Positions 18,936 to 28,221 of a DNA stretch of 59,212 nt are shown here, in pieces. Source of the stretch: Chitinophagales bacterium (lineage in GTDB: Bacteria > Bacteroidota > Bacteroidia > Chitinophagales > JADIYW01); the NCBI GenBank assembly GCA_044357355.1, contig JBIKPT010000001.1, positions 1-59,212 of the forward strand, read 5' to 3'. The notes under the pieces were generated by a model. That model was not told the origin of the DNA, ran no database searches, and worked only from the letters and a program-made list of their open reading frames with translations. The position numbers were made by a program, and so were the translations under genes. The stretch's first letter is position 1; each line of letters opens with the position of its first letter.

Positions 18936-21374
18936 TTACTGTTTCAAAACAAAAATCAATGTTAAAGTGGTTGCGATGGATGTTATCGCTGCGATAACAC
19001 TTGGCAATACTATATTCCAGTTCAATGCTGACTCCGGTCCCTTAGGTGGTTTTGGTGCTTTCTGTTTCATCTCAACGGTAATTAATGCACCTTCATTATC
19101 TACAGTAGGGTAATTTTTTATACCAATAAAAGAACGTGTGTAGTCAACTTTTCTGTTTGGATAAATAACTAAGGTAGATTTTTTCTTAGCTCCTTTTTTG
19201 AAACCACCACCATAATGTTTAACATACCAGCGCGCACTTTTTCCGGCAACGAATTTTCCGTTTATCGTTTGCGTGCTGTCCATATTAGGGTAACGGATTG
19301 CTCCTTTTATACTTACTAATTGGTTGACAGTAGGAATTTCAATGATATCACCGTTCTTCAGAATTAAATTTGCTCTGGATGCTGTATCTCCAAATGCATC
19401 TTTTAACTGAAAAATGGTTTGTGTTAACCCATTATCCGGTCTTGTTAATCTAGCGTTTTTAATAAAGGCATAAGGTGTTAATCCACCGGCTCTTTCAATA
19501 ACATCTAATACTTTTTCATTCTTATCTAAAATCGGATAGATACCAGGATACTTCACTTCACCTTTTAGTGTTACAACCATTTGCTCGTCAAATCCGTAAA
19601 TTTTTCTAACATACACTCTATCCATTGGTGCTAATGGAAATGCTTTGGACACATCATCTATTTCCAAATTTGGTCCAATTGTGATTGTCTGTACTACGAC
19701 TCTTTGCGGTGTGAATTTTTGTTCTGCACTGGAATCAATATTCATAATACGGGAAATCTCTATTTTTGAATTTGCCGCTTCTTTTTTAAGACCACCTGCA
19801 TAAAACAATAAATCATTTAAATTAATTCCGTCTGTAAACTCCTGTATTGTAGGCTTGATAACAGAGCCATCTATTGACACAACGAATTTCTCTAGGAATT
19901 CATCTTTGGAAAATAACTGAATCTGATCACTGCGTTTAAGCAATAAATTATCTGGTGAACTTTCATCAATTAGAATATTTTTTAGTGAAAATTTCTGGTT
20001 AACAAATGTATTATCATCCAACTTTCTTTTGATGTATGCTCTTTCCAGATAGGTTTCCAGCTTGATACCACCTGCTGCTTTAATGATGTCTGATACGCGG
20101 AATCCTTCTTTTAATTCATATTTTCCCGAATAACGCAATGGTCCGGTAATATTTACAAAGTTTTCTATTCCACCAGGAATATTTGAAATATTTACGATGT
20201 CGCCATCTTTTAATTCAAAGTTCGAGTTGGCACTTAAGATTTGCTCATAATCAACATCAATAATTTGTGCTTTATCATTATTTATTCTGGTTACCTGTAT
20301 GAGCTTAATGTAAGCATCCGGCGCAAATCCACCGGAAAAAGTGACTAACTCATTCAGGTTTTCACCTTTCAATAATTCATATTTGGCGGGACGGCGAACT
20401 GCGCCTGAAATTTTTATTAACTTGCTTTGGGTAGACACATAAATGAAATCTCCTTTTTGCAAGAAGAAATTTTCTACCAGCAACGGATTGAATAAAAACT
20501 CATACACGTCAAAACGCTTGATGGTTTTACCATCTCTGCGCACTTGAATATCACGTACACTACCAATGTCCGTTATACCATTTGCTGCATTTATAGCGTT
20601 GTATACAGAGTTAATAGCAGGAATTTGATAGGTTCCCGGTGCTTTTACTTCGCCAACAATATTTACATCAATGGTTCTCGCATAATTTAATGTTATTTCA
20701 TATTTGGTGTTGGCTGGATTGATAAAAGTGGCCAGCCTTTTTCCAATTTGAGCCTTAACTGCTCCAAACGTTAACCCTTTTACATAAATACGGCCAAATT
20801 CAGGAATTTGAATAAAACCATCGTCATTCACTTTAAAATTGTTGTTGTAATCAGCATAACCCCAAACGGCAATACTTATTTCGTCACCAACATCAAGAAT
20901 GTAAGAATCCGGTGCTTTAGAATCTGATGATTTTGAAAACAAGGCTAATCTTCCGGAACCAAAGAAATCATGTCCGAAAATTTCGTTGGGCTTTATTTCA
21001 TTATTAGGATTGGCAATTTTATCCATTCTTTCCATCATAATTTGCATGGAATCTTGTCTGACTCTCATTTCCAAAACCGTTTGCAACATATCTTGCATCG
21101 GAGTTGATTGATCAGCAGGAGCATCGGTTGCATCAGATTTAGCTTTTAAATACTTTTGAACTGCATTGGGGTCTAAGCCTAGTAACTGCAATTGTGACAG
21201 ATTCGCAGCAGATGTTGGATTACCTGAATTGAATGTTTGTAATTGCCTTGCAGCATTAGCAGCGGCAGCTGTAATGGAAGTACCTGTCATCGACCCGGCA
21301 AAATTACCGAAATTCTGAGGATAAACTACAAATACTGAGCATATTAGAAAACACAGCGTAACTAATTTTTTCAT
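18936..21374 (-). CDS. Wza/BexD-type polysaccharide export protein with multiple SLBB repeats
   Basis: Signal peptide from MKKLVTLCF. YILDVGDEISIAVWGY Poly_export motif. Repeated GD-x-I-x-V/I soluble-ligand-binding beta-grasp units. C-terminal TM helix. ATG 21374 is preferred over TTG 21398 because a TACCTTTG -7 box overlaps 21396-21403. Confidence 0.8.
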   Translation of the reverse strand: MKKLVTLCFLICSVFVVYPQNFGNFAGSMTGTSITAAAANAARQLQTFNSGNPTSAANLSQLQLLGLDPNAVQKYLKAKSDATDAPADQSTPMQDMLQTVLEMRVRQDSMQIMMERMDKIANPNNEIKPNEIFGHDFFGSGRLALFSKSSDSKAPDSYILDVGDEISIAVWGYADYNNNFKVNDDGFIQIPEFGRIYVKGLTFGAVKAQIGKRLATFINPANTKYEITLNYARTIDVNIVGEVKAPGTYQIPAINSVYNAINAANGITDIGSVRDIQVRRDGKTIKRFDVYEFLFNPLLVENFFLQKGDFIYVSTQSKLIKISGAVRRPAKYELLKGENLNELVTFSGGFAPDAYIKLIQVTRINNDKAQIIDVDYEQILSANSNFELKDGDIVNISNIPGGIENFVNITGPLRYSGKYELKEGFRVSDIIKAAGGIKLETYLERAYIKRKLDDNTFVNQKFSLKNILIDESSPDNLLLKRSDQIQLFSKDEFLEKFVVSIDGSVIKPTIQEFTDGINLNDLLFYAGGLKKEAANSKIEISRIMNIDSSAEQKFTPQRVVVQTITIGPNLEIDDVSKAFPLAPMDRVYVRKIYGFDEQMVVTLKGEVKYPGIYPILDKNEKVLDVIERAGGLTPYAFIKNARLTRPDNGLTQTIFQLKDAFGDTASRANLILKNGDIIEIPTVNQLVSIKGAIRYPNMDSTQTINGKFVAGKSARWYVKHYGGGFKKGAKKKSTLVIYPNRKVDYTRSFIGIKNYPTVDNEGALITVEMKQKAPKPPKGPESALNWNIVLPSVIAAITSIATTLTLIFVLKQ

Positions 21375-21395
21375 TATAGTGGGTTGTTGAGTTGA

Positions 21396-21403
21396 CAAAG
21401 GTA
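21396..21403 (-). promoter_or_regulatory. Candidate -7 box for the wza-wzz-PKS operon
   Basis: The minus strand reads TACCTTTG, 21 nt upstream of ATG 21374. Confidence 0.4.
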
Positions 21404-21535
21404 ATAAACTAAGTGTTAATTATATAGTGAAATGTTTATTAAGCATTTATATACTTTCTTAAATTTTGTTATAATTCAAACTACCTGATTATTAGTAAAT
21501 AAATTGTATGTCAGCGCCTATATTCTAAATTTTAG

Positions 21536-21561
21536 TCTATTTGTTATAGTTTTGTGGTTTT
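21536..21561. repeat. Word-doublet spacer element ctatttgt-tatagttttgtggtttt
   Basis: Lies 25 nt upstream of the mnmE ATG. Shares the TTTTGTGGT core with 37522-37546 and 46806-46830. Confidence 0.5.
21547..21554 (+). promoter_or_regulatory. Candidate -7 box for mnmE
   Basis: TAGTTTTG, 31 nt upstream of ATG 21586. Confidence 0.35.
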
Positions 21562-21585
21562 CAAATTCATTTTCTCAATTCAAAA

Positions 21586-22986
21586 ATGATGCATACTAAT
21601 GATTTTTCTGATACCATTGTTGCCCTTTCGACACCGCCTGGTGTAGGAGCTATCGGAGTAATTAGATTATCCGGAAATCAGGCAGTACAAATTATTAATA
21701 GTGTATTTAAAGGCAAAAATCTCCTGAAGCAGCCTTCGCATACGATTCATCTTGGCAATATAATTGGTGATAATCAACTGATTGATGAAGTGCTGGTCAG
21801 TTTATTTCTAGCTCCATCATCTTACACTAAAGAGAATGTGGTCGAAATTTCCTGCCACGGCTCACCCTATATTCTTCAAAAAATAATTGAACTATTACTG
21901 AAAAACGGTGCAAGACTGGCAAAACCGGGTGAATTTACCATGCGCGCTTATTTAAACGGTAGATTTGATTTGTCGCAGGCAGAAGCAGTGGCAGACTTAA
22001 TTGCTGCTGAAACTGAAACACAACAAACGCTTGCCATCAAACAAATGAGAGGCGGCTTTACCAACGACTTAAAGTCATTAAGAGAAAAATTAATCCATTT
22101 TGCCTCAATGATTGAGTTAGAGCTGGATTTTGGTGAAGAAGATGTGGAATTTGCGGACAGAGATGAGCTTAAACAACTGATTATTGAATTACAGCAAAAT
22201 ATTGCCACTCTATTAATCTCATTTAAATTCGGCAATGTTGTAAAAAACGGCATTACCACTGTACTTGCCGGCAGACCAAATGCGGGAAAATCAACCTTAT
22301 TAAACGCTTTATTAAATGAGGAACGTGCCATTGTTTCAGAAATTGCCGGTACAACCCGAGATGTTATTGAAGAAAAAATAGTCATAAACGGACTGATGTT
22401 CCGTTTAATAGATACAGCAGGAATCAGAGAAGCGACAGATATTATTGAAAAGATTGGTGTTCAGAAAACCTACGAGCAAATTGCCAATGCCTCTATTCTA
22501 TTATATATTTTTGATGCCAATGAATCTTCCGAGTTGGTAGTCATTGAAGATATTGAAAAACTAAAACGTGAAAACCTGGAAATTATATTAGTGGCAAATA
22601 AAGCAGACTTATGTCATGAACACCAGCTGGGTATGCTCAATTATTCTATTACCGAACTATATGGATATGACCTTCCTCTTTTTGAAATCAGTGCATTAAA
22701 TAAGCAAAATTTAGAAAGCCTGAAAGAATATCTGGTTGCCGTGGCTTCTGACGGCAAAACATCCTCAGAACAAACGATTGTAACCAATGTAAGACATTTT
22801 CAGTCGTTGCAAAATACCAACCAGGCATTACAACATGCCTTAGATAGCCTGAATAACAAAAATACAGGCGATTTACTGGCACAGGATATCCGGCACGCCT
22901 TGCATGCTTTAGGAGAAATTACCGGAGAAATTACGACAGACGATTTATTAGATAATATTTTTTCAAAATTTTGTATCGGAAAGTAA
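21586..22986 (+). CDS. mnmE: tRNA modification GTPase MnmE (TrmE)
   Basis: IVALSTPPGVGAIGVIRLSG N-terminus, GRPNAGKST and DTAGIR G motifs, C-terminal FCIGK tetrapeptide. Confidence 0.95.
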   Translation: MMHTNDFSDTIVALSTPPGVGAIGVIRLSGNQAVQIINSVFKGKNLLKQPSHTIHLGNIIGDNQLIDEVLVSLFLAPSSYTKENVVEISCHGSPYILQKIIELLLKNGARLAKPGEFTMRAYLNGRFDLSQAEAVADLIAAETETQQTLAIKQMRGGFTNDLKSLREKLIHFASMIELELDFGEEDVEFADRDELKQLIIELQQNIATLLISFKFGNVVKNGITTVLAGRPNAGKSTLLNALLNEERAIVSEIAGTTRDVIEEKIVINGLMFRLIDTAGIREATDIIEKIGVQKTYEQIANASILLYIFDANESSELVVIEDIEKLKRENLEIILVANKADLCHEHQLGMLNYSITELYGYDLPLFEISALNKQNLESLKEYLVAVASDGKTSSEQTIVTNVRHFQSLQNTNQALQHALDSLNNKNTGDLLAQDIRHALHALGEITGEITTDDLLDNIFSKFCIGK

Positions 22987-23152
22987 ATGTATTTGTGAAG
23001 ACTATGAGAACAAAAATCAACATATACAATTTCGTTGCAATAAAAAATGTAATTTTTCGTTTAAAACTCTACAATAAATCAAAAATTAGGCTATTTTTAC
23101 GCCTTCATTAAAACTTTAAATCAACATCTTTTTAAACTTAAATTTACAAATT

Positions 23153-23935
23153 ATGGCACAAGCACAAACAAAAAAGAATTCAGGTGGATTAGGCGCTGGA
23201 ATAGTTGTAATCATCGCAGTAATCATCTGCAATGTTATTTTCTACACTGTATTCAAAGGTCAGGTACAGGAAAAAGGAGAACAAAACGTATTAGGACTAA
23301 TGTATAAAGGTGGTTTTATCGTACCATTCCTAATGGCGATTTTCGTTACTTGTATCACATTTGCCATCGAACGTTTATTAACTATCGCAAAAGCTGCTGG
23401 TACTGGTTCTTTAGAAACATTCTTACAGTCTATAAAATCTAAATTAAGCAGCAATGACATCAACAGTGCTTTAGCTGAATGTAACAAACAAAAAGGTGCA
23501 GTAGCAAATGTTGTTCAGGCAGGCTTACACAAATATGCTGAAATGGAAAAAAACACGGAACTGGAAGGTGAACAAAAAATACTTAATATTCAGAAAGAAG
23601 TAGAAGAAGCTACAGCTTTAGAATTGCCAGCTTTGGAAAAAAACATGTGGATATTAGCTACTATTGCTTCTGTTGGTACATTAATCGCCTTATTAGGAAC
23701 TGTAATCGGTATGATTAAAGCGTTCAAAGGCTTAGCTGGTGCTGGCGGATCTGATCCTGAAAAATTAGCTGAAGGTATCTCTGAAGCGTTAATCAATACA
23801 GCGTTAGGTATCTTTACATCTGCTTTGGCAATTATTTTCTACAACTTATGTACTCAAAAAATCGATAAATTAACTTATGCTATCGACGAATTAGGATACA
23901 CCATTGCACAAACTTTTGCAGGTCGTAAACATTAA
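23153..23935 (+). CDS. exbB: MotA/TolQ/ExbB proton-channel protein
   Basis: 260 aa, 3 TM helices, GTVIGMIKAF...ALINTALGI signature. Followed by two ExbD genes and TonB. Confidence 0.85.
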   Translation: MAQAQTKKNSGGLGAGIVVIIAVIICNVIFYTVFKGQVQEKGEQNVLGLMYKGGFIVPFLMAIFVTCITFAIERLLTIAKAAGTGSLETFLQSIKSKLSSNDINSALAECNKQKGAVANVVQAGLHKYAEMEKNTELEGEQKILNIQKEVEEATALELPALEKNMWILATIASVGTLIALLGTVIGMIKAFKGLAGAGGSDPEKLAEGISEALINTALGIFTSALAIIFYNLCTQKIDKLTYAIDELGYTIAQTFAGRKH

Positions 23936-23959
23936 TAACCAACGTTAAATAACAAGAAA

Positions 23960-24601
23960 ATGCCTAAATTTAAAGTAAAACGTAGTAGCACCTGGGTCGA
24001 TATGACTGCCATGTGTGATGTTGCATTCTTGTTGCTTTCCTTTTTTATCTTAACGGCAAAGTTTAAACCTACAGAAATTGTACCTATCAAATCGCCATCT
24101 TCGAGAGCATCTGAAGAGGTGCTAGAAGATATGGTTACATTTACGGTTGATGCAAACGGAAAGACTTTCATGTCTATTGGAAAACCTGAACGCAAAGTCC
24201 AGATATTGGAGAAGTTCTTTTCTCTGAATAAGGAAAAATATGCAGGTATTCCTATTACAGATCAAACCAAAAAACTGTTTACCAAACTGGAAATATATGG
24301 CACACCTGTAAATCAATTGCCTTCTGTTGTAACTAAAAGTTCTGAAACCTTAATAGAATTACAAAGAAGCGGTGAATTAAAAGGTATTCCTACAGATTCC
24401 ACCGATAACCAGTTAGGTGATTGGATAATGGCAATAAGATATGTATATGCTGAACAGGAAAACAACGACCAGCCGCCAATAGCAATTAAAGGAGATCAGG
24501 AAACGAACATTAAAGGTGTTAAAAGAGTGATTGAAATCCTGAAAGAAAAAGATGTAAATAAATACAAATTAATCACAACACTAGAAGGAAAAGTTGATTA
24601 A
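23960..24601 (+). CDS. exbD: ExbD/TolR biopolymer transport protein (long form)
   Basis: DMTAMCDVAFLLLSFFIL single TM helix, typical of ExbD. Operon context. Confidence 0.8.
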   Translation: MPKFKVKRSSTWVDMTAMCDVAFLLLSFFILTAKFKPTEIVPIKSPSSRASEEVLEDMVTFTVDANGKTFMSIGKPERKVQILEKFFSLNKEKYAGIPITDQTKKLFTKLEIYGTPVNQLPSVVTKSSETLIELQRSGELKGIPTDSTDNQLGDWIMAIRYVYAEQENNDQPPIAIKGDQETNIKGVKRVIEILKEKDVNKYKLITTLEGKVD

Positions 24602-24619
24602 CTAAAAATATAATATTGT

Positions 24620-25183
24620 ATGGCAGATATAGATAGTTCGTCCGGCGGAGGACACGGCAAACATAAAGGCGGTGTCCGTTCCAAAAAAATGTCAACCCGA
24701 GTTGACTTAACACCAATGGTGGATTTGGCATTCTTATTGATTACATTTTTCATGCTTACCACATCTTTAAATAAGTCGGTGGCAATGAATTTATCAATGC
24801 CAAAAAAAGATAAAGATGCACCTCCTACTGAAGTAAAAGAATCTAAAGTACTCAACCTGATTGCAGACAAAGATGATATCTTATGGTATTATCCGGGAAC
24901 TACTGTAGCTGGTTTAAAAAAAATAGATTATTCTCCGGGAGGAATCAGAGATGTTATCCTGAAAAAACAAAAAGAAGTGAAAACACAACACGGACTGGAC
25001 GAAAAAGGCGACAGTCAGTTAATTGTTCTCATAAAGATGACAGACGATGCCAATTATAAAAACATGGTTGACATTTTAGATGAAATGGATATCACCAAAA
25101 CCAAAGTCTATGCCATTCAAGACATTCACCCTCTTGAAATTGAGGCAATGGCCAACGGTGGTAATGCAAAAACTTCTGACTAA
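24620..25183 (+). CDS. exbD: ExbD/TolR biopolymer transport protein
   Basis: DLTPMVDLAFLLITFFML ExbD TM motif and C-terminal periplasmic domain. Confidence 0.8.
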   Translation: MADIDSSSGGGHGKHKGGVRSKKMSTRVDLTPMVDLAFLLITFFMLTTSLNKSVAMNLSMPKKDKDAPPTEVKESKVLNLIADKDDILWYYPGTTVAGLKKIDYSPGGIRDVILKKQKEVKTQHGLDEKGDSQLIVLIKMTDDANYKNMVDILDEMDITKTKVYAIQDIHPLEIEAMANGGNAKTSD

Positions 25184-25201
25184 TTAAAATCTAATCTGAT
25201 T

Positions 25202-26020
25202 ATGAGTAACATAGATTATAAAAATGCATCGTGGGACGATATGGTATTTGAGAACCAGAATAAAGAGTATGGTGCTTACGTTCTTCGAAAACTTGTCAAT
25301 AAACATACCTTAAGAGGGTTTCTCTATACCATGAGCGGATTTCTGGTATTAATGCTGCTTTTAAAATTAAATATTTTTTCTAACATAGGAAGAAATGAGA
25401 AAGTAGTAGACCTTGAAATGACAGACGTTATTTTAGAGGAAACACCGCCACCGGTTGAAGCTGCACCACCGCCACCGCCACCACCGCCACCGCCACCGGT
25501 ACGACCGACGGTTAAGTTTGTGGAAATGATAGCAAAGAAAGATGAAGAAGTAGCGGAAGAAAAAGTGACTAAAGTAGAAGAAACTAAAGAGGTAGCTATT
25601 TCGACTATTACTCAGGAAGGCGATAAAGAAGCTAAAGCAATTATTACAGAAGAAAAAGGAACAGGTCCGGTAGCACCCGAACCTGAAGCTCCGAAAGAAC
25701 CGGAAATTTTTGACAGAGCAGAAGTAATGCCTGGTTATCCGGGTGGCGTTCCTGAGTTAATGAAATTTTTACAAAAAAATATCCGTTATCCGTCATTAGC
25801 ACGTGAAAACGGATTGGAAGGAAAAGTAATTGTAAAATTCTATGTTGATACCGATGGTACCGTGAGAGAACCAACGGTATTAAAAGATGGTGTTGGCGGT
25901 GGCTGCGGAGACGAAGCTATCCGTGTGGTAAAAGCAATGCCAAAATGGACACCTGGCTCTCAACGTGGTAAACCCGTTAAAGTTTACTACACATTGCCGG
26001 TTACCTTTAAATTACAATAA
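25202..26020 (+). CDS. tonB: Energy transducer TonB
   Basis: NKEYGAYVLRK Bacteroidota TonB N-terminus, TM helix, PPPPPPPPPPPVRP spacer, C-terminal AEVMPGYPGG...YYTLPVTFKL TonB_C domain. Confidence 0.9.
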   Translation: MSNIDYKNASWDDMVFENQNKEYGAYVLRKLVNKHTLRGFLYTMSGFLVLMLLLKLNIFSNIGRNEKVVDLEMTDVILEETPPPVEAAPPPPPPPPPPPVRPTVKFVEMIAKKDEEVAEEKVTKVEETKEVAISTITQEGDKEAKAIITEEKGTGPVAPEPEAPKEPEIFDRAEVMPGYPGGVPELMKFLQKNIRYPSLARENGLEGKVIVKFYVDTDGTVREPTVLKDGVGGGCGDEAIRVVKAMPKWTPGSQRGKPVKVYYTLPVTFKLQ

Positions 26021-26040
26021 TAATTAGCGCATACAAAAAA

Positions 26041-26071
26041 ATCCTCAACCTACACGTTGAGGATTTTTTTG
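26041..26071 (+). terminator. Rho-independent terminator after tonB copy 1
   Basis: atcctcaac-ctacac-gttgaggat (9-bp stem, 6-nt loop), then ttttttt. Preceded by an A-run. Confidence 0.8.
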
Positions 26072-26124
26072 TACAACAAACTCAATAAACGAATGATTTA
26101 TACGTTTTACTAAAAACAAACAGT

Positions 26125-26946
26125 ATGAATCTCTATCAAAATTATTCTTTCGATGATATCATATTTGAAGGAAGAAACAAAGAGTATGGCGCATATGTAT
26201 TACGCGCAGAATCTGACAAAAACACCACTAAAGCATTTATAGGTACGCTATTACTAGTTAGCCTTTTGCTTATCTTTTTCAATACTTTTTATGCAGATAA
26301 GGCCAGCGTTGTTATCAACAAAATAATTGTTGAAACTACAGATATTCCTCAACTTATCATTGAACCGAAAAAGCCGGCAATAACAATTCCGCCGGCAAGC
26401 ATCTTGTCTCCTAAAACAATAGACTTCCGCGAAGTGAAACCGGTAGCGGATAATACAGCACCAACGACCGTTGCACCAACCCGACAAGATGCCATACAAG
26501 ATGCTGCTGTGGCTACCGTTACGCAAACTAACAGCTCAGAAGTTAATACAATAACGTCTACTTCTTCTACGGTATCAGAAACCACCAATTCAGTATTGGA
26601 AATAGAGACACCGGTAACCAATACTATCTTAAATATATCTGAGGTGCTTCCCGAATTTACAGGCGGTCAGGCTGCCCTGATGGCTTTTTTAAAGAAAAAT
26701 ATTCGTCCATATGATTCTGATATAGAAAGAGGCATGAGCGGCAAAGTATTTATTCGCTTTTATATTGATAAAAATGGGTTTGTACAAAATCCAACGGTAC
26801 TGAAAGATAATGTGGGCGGCAGATGTGCCGAAGCTGCGCTGATAGCAATAAAGAAAATGCCGCGCTGGAAACCAGGCATGCAAAATGGTGTACCTGTAAA
26901 TGTTTACTATACCTTACCGGTTACATTTAACTTTGAAGCTTATTGA
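26125..26946 (+). CDS. tonB: Energy transducer TonB, second paralogue (Thr/Ser-rich spacer instead of poly-Pro)
   Basis: NKEYGAYVLRA N-terminus, TM helix, C-terminal PEFTGGQAAL...YYTLPVTFNF TonB_C domain. Confidence 0.85.
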   Translation: MNLYQNYSFDDIIFEGRNKEYGAYVLRAESDKNTTKAFIGTLLLVSLLLIFFNTFYADKASVVINKIIVETTDIPQLIIEPKKPAITIPPASILSPKTIDFREVKPVADNTAPTTVAPTRQDAIQDAAVATVTQTNSSEVNTITSTSSTVSETTNSVLEIETPVTNTILNISEVLPEFTGGQAALMAFLKKNIRPYDSDIERGMSGKVFIRFYIDKNGFVQNPTVLKDNVGGRCAEAALIAIKKMPRWKPGMQNGVPVNVYYTLPVTFNFEAY

Positions 26947-27011
26947 AAAATAGCGCCATCTGAATGGTATTTAAATATTGAAAGCTACTCAGGATTGATT
27001 ATTTTTACACC

Positions 27012-27218
27012 ATGAATGCTTTCAATAATCCGGGATTTTTACTGAGAATTGCAATTGCTATCGGATATATCATTATGGGTATAATCCTGTTAATAAACTA
27101 CAAGGAAATGCAGTTGTTAAGCAAAGAATGGAATCTCGCATTAGGAGCATTGCTTACCGCATATGGAGTATTCAGAGCATTCAGGGCAATTCAATTATAC
27201 AAAAACAATGAAGAGTAA
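27012..27218 (+). CDS. Small two-TM membrane protein
   Basis: 68 aa with two clear hydrophobic helices. Its stop overlaps the next gene start by 11 nt. No similarity I recognise. Confidence 0.45.
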   Translation: MNAFNNPGFLLRIAIAIGYIIMGIILLINYKEMQLLSKEWNLALGALLTAYGVFRAFRAIQLYKNNEE

Positions 27219-28107
27219 ATTTACGTGCATGGCAGTTGCCGTGCTATTGTTATTTTCTTGCAATACATCTGTTGATGAATCCAATAAATCAGATTGGAAA
27301 AAAGGGAAAGCTGTCATCGCTGCCGACGAGAATCTGCATCCGTTATTACTTCAGTTTAAACAAATTTTTGAAAATGAATATCCGGAAGCTCAAATAGATT
27401 TTAATTTTCAGGCGAATGACAGTATTATCAATGCCTTTGTACGAGGCAGCTATACCAGCGGAATTATAACCAGAAGCATGTCTGCCGGCGAAATCAATAA
27501 CAGCGGCATCGCACATCAACACAAGATAAAGGAACGTGTTTTTGCTTTCAGTGGAATTGCCCTGATAGCCAACAATGCCTTTCCTGATTCTGTAGTAGAC
27601 CTTTCCCAGGTTCCGGTTTATTTACAAAACGCATCGGCAGAAATTATATTCGACAACGCTTCTTCCGGAATTGCAAGGCATTTGATGCAACTCCTAAAAT
27701 TAAGTTCTGCTGAAATTAAAAAAGCAAAGTCCGTTGGTTCTGCAGAAAGTGTCATAGATTATGTCAGGATAAAAAACAACGCCATCGGATTTATTCCTTA
27801 TTCCTCAATAAGCGACCTAGATAATAAAAAAGTAGTTTCAACGCTGAATTCCATAAAATTAATGGATGTAAAATGGAATGACACCACCTATTCTATATCT
27901 CAACAAGCTATTGCCAAAGAACATTATCCACTTTGGCAGCCGCTTAATTTCCTGCTTAGCGGAAACCAGGAGCCTGTGGCAGAGGCATTTATGAATTTTC
28001 TGCAGAAAGGCAAAGCGTCGAAAATGCTGCTGAAAGCGGGTTTGGTTCCGGCAAATATGCCAATTAGAGAATACATCATCATAGATACCCTACCGGTGAG
28101 CAACTAA
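27208..28107 (+). CDS. PstS-like periplasmic substrate-binding lipoprotein
   Basis: I place the start at MKSKFTCMAVAVLLLFSC (lipobox). PBP type-2 fold pattern. This protein class commonly follows exbBD-tonB in Bacteroidota. Confidence 0.6.
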   Translation: MKSKFTCMAVAVLLLFSCNTSVDESNKSDWKKGKAVIAADENLHPLLLQFKQIFENEYPEAQIDFNFQANDSIINAFVRGSYTSGIITRSMSAGEINNSGIAHQHKIKERVFAFSGIALIANNAFPDSVVDLSQVPVYLQNASAEIIFDNASSGIARHLMQLLKLSSAEIKKAKSVGSAESVIDYVRIKNNAIGFIPYSSISDLDNKKVVSTLNSIKLMDVKWNDTTYSISQQAIAKEHYPLWQPLNFLLSGNQEPVAEAFMNFLQKGKASKMLLKAGLVPANMPIREYIIIDTLPVSN

Positions 28108-28221
28108 GCATTTTTATAAAAATTCTTTTAAAAAACATGGAAAGCACAACCTTTACAATAATGATATGTTAACGTTTTATCTCCAATCTTTTTGTATTTT
28201 TAAACCGTTCAAATTTAAGAT

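Noticed and set aside
21375-21398. TTG start (MSTQQPTI...) for the Wza-like gene.
   Set aside because: A TACCTTTG -7 box overlaps this codon. ATG 21374 begins a normal signal peptide (MKKLVTLCF).
21948-22385. 145-aa antisense ORF inside mnmE. The same applies to antisense or alternate-frame ORFs at 1675-2057, 3155-3581, 10642-12984, 13250-13609, 16369-16590, 17369-17692, 17863-18242, 38396-38672, 48382-48850 and 54289-54669.
   Set aside because: Each lies wholly inside a CDS with strong family motifs, on the opposite strand or in another frame. Their translations are low-complexity Ser/Phe/Ile/Cys-rich strings with no recognisable motif and no independent promoter or start context. They are the expected by-product of long AT-rich genes.
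25463-25498. GC-rich ccaccg-type repeat as a non-coding repeat or mobile-element scar.
   Set aside because: It is in frame and encodes the poly-proline rigid spacer expected in TonB.
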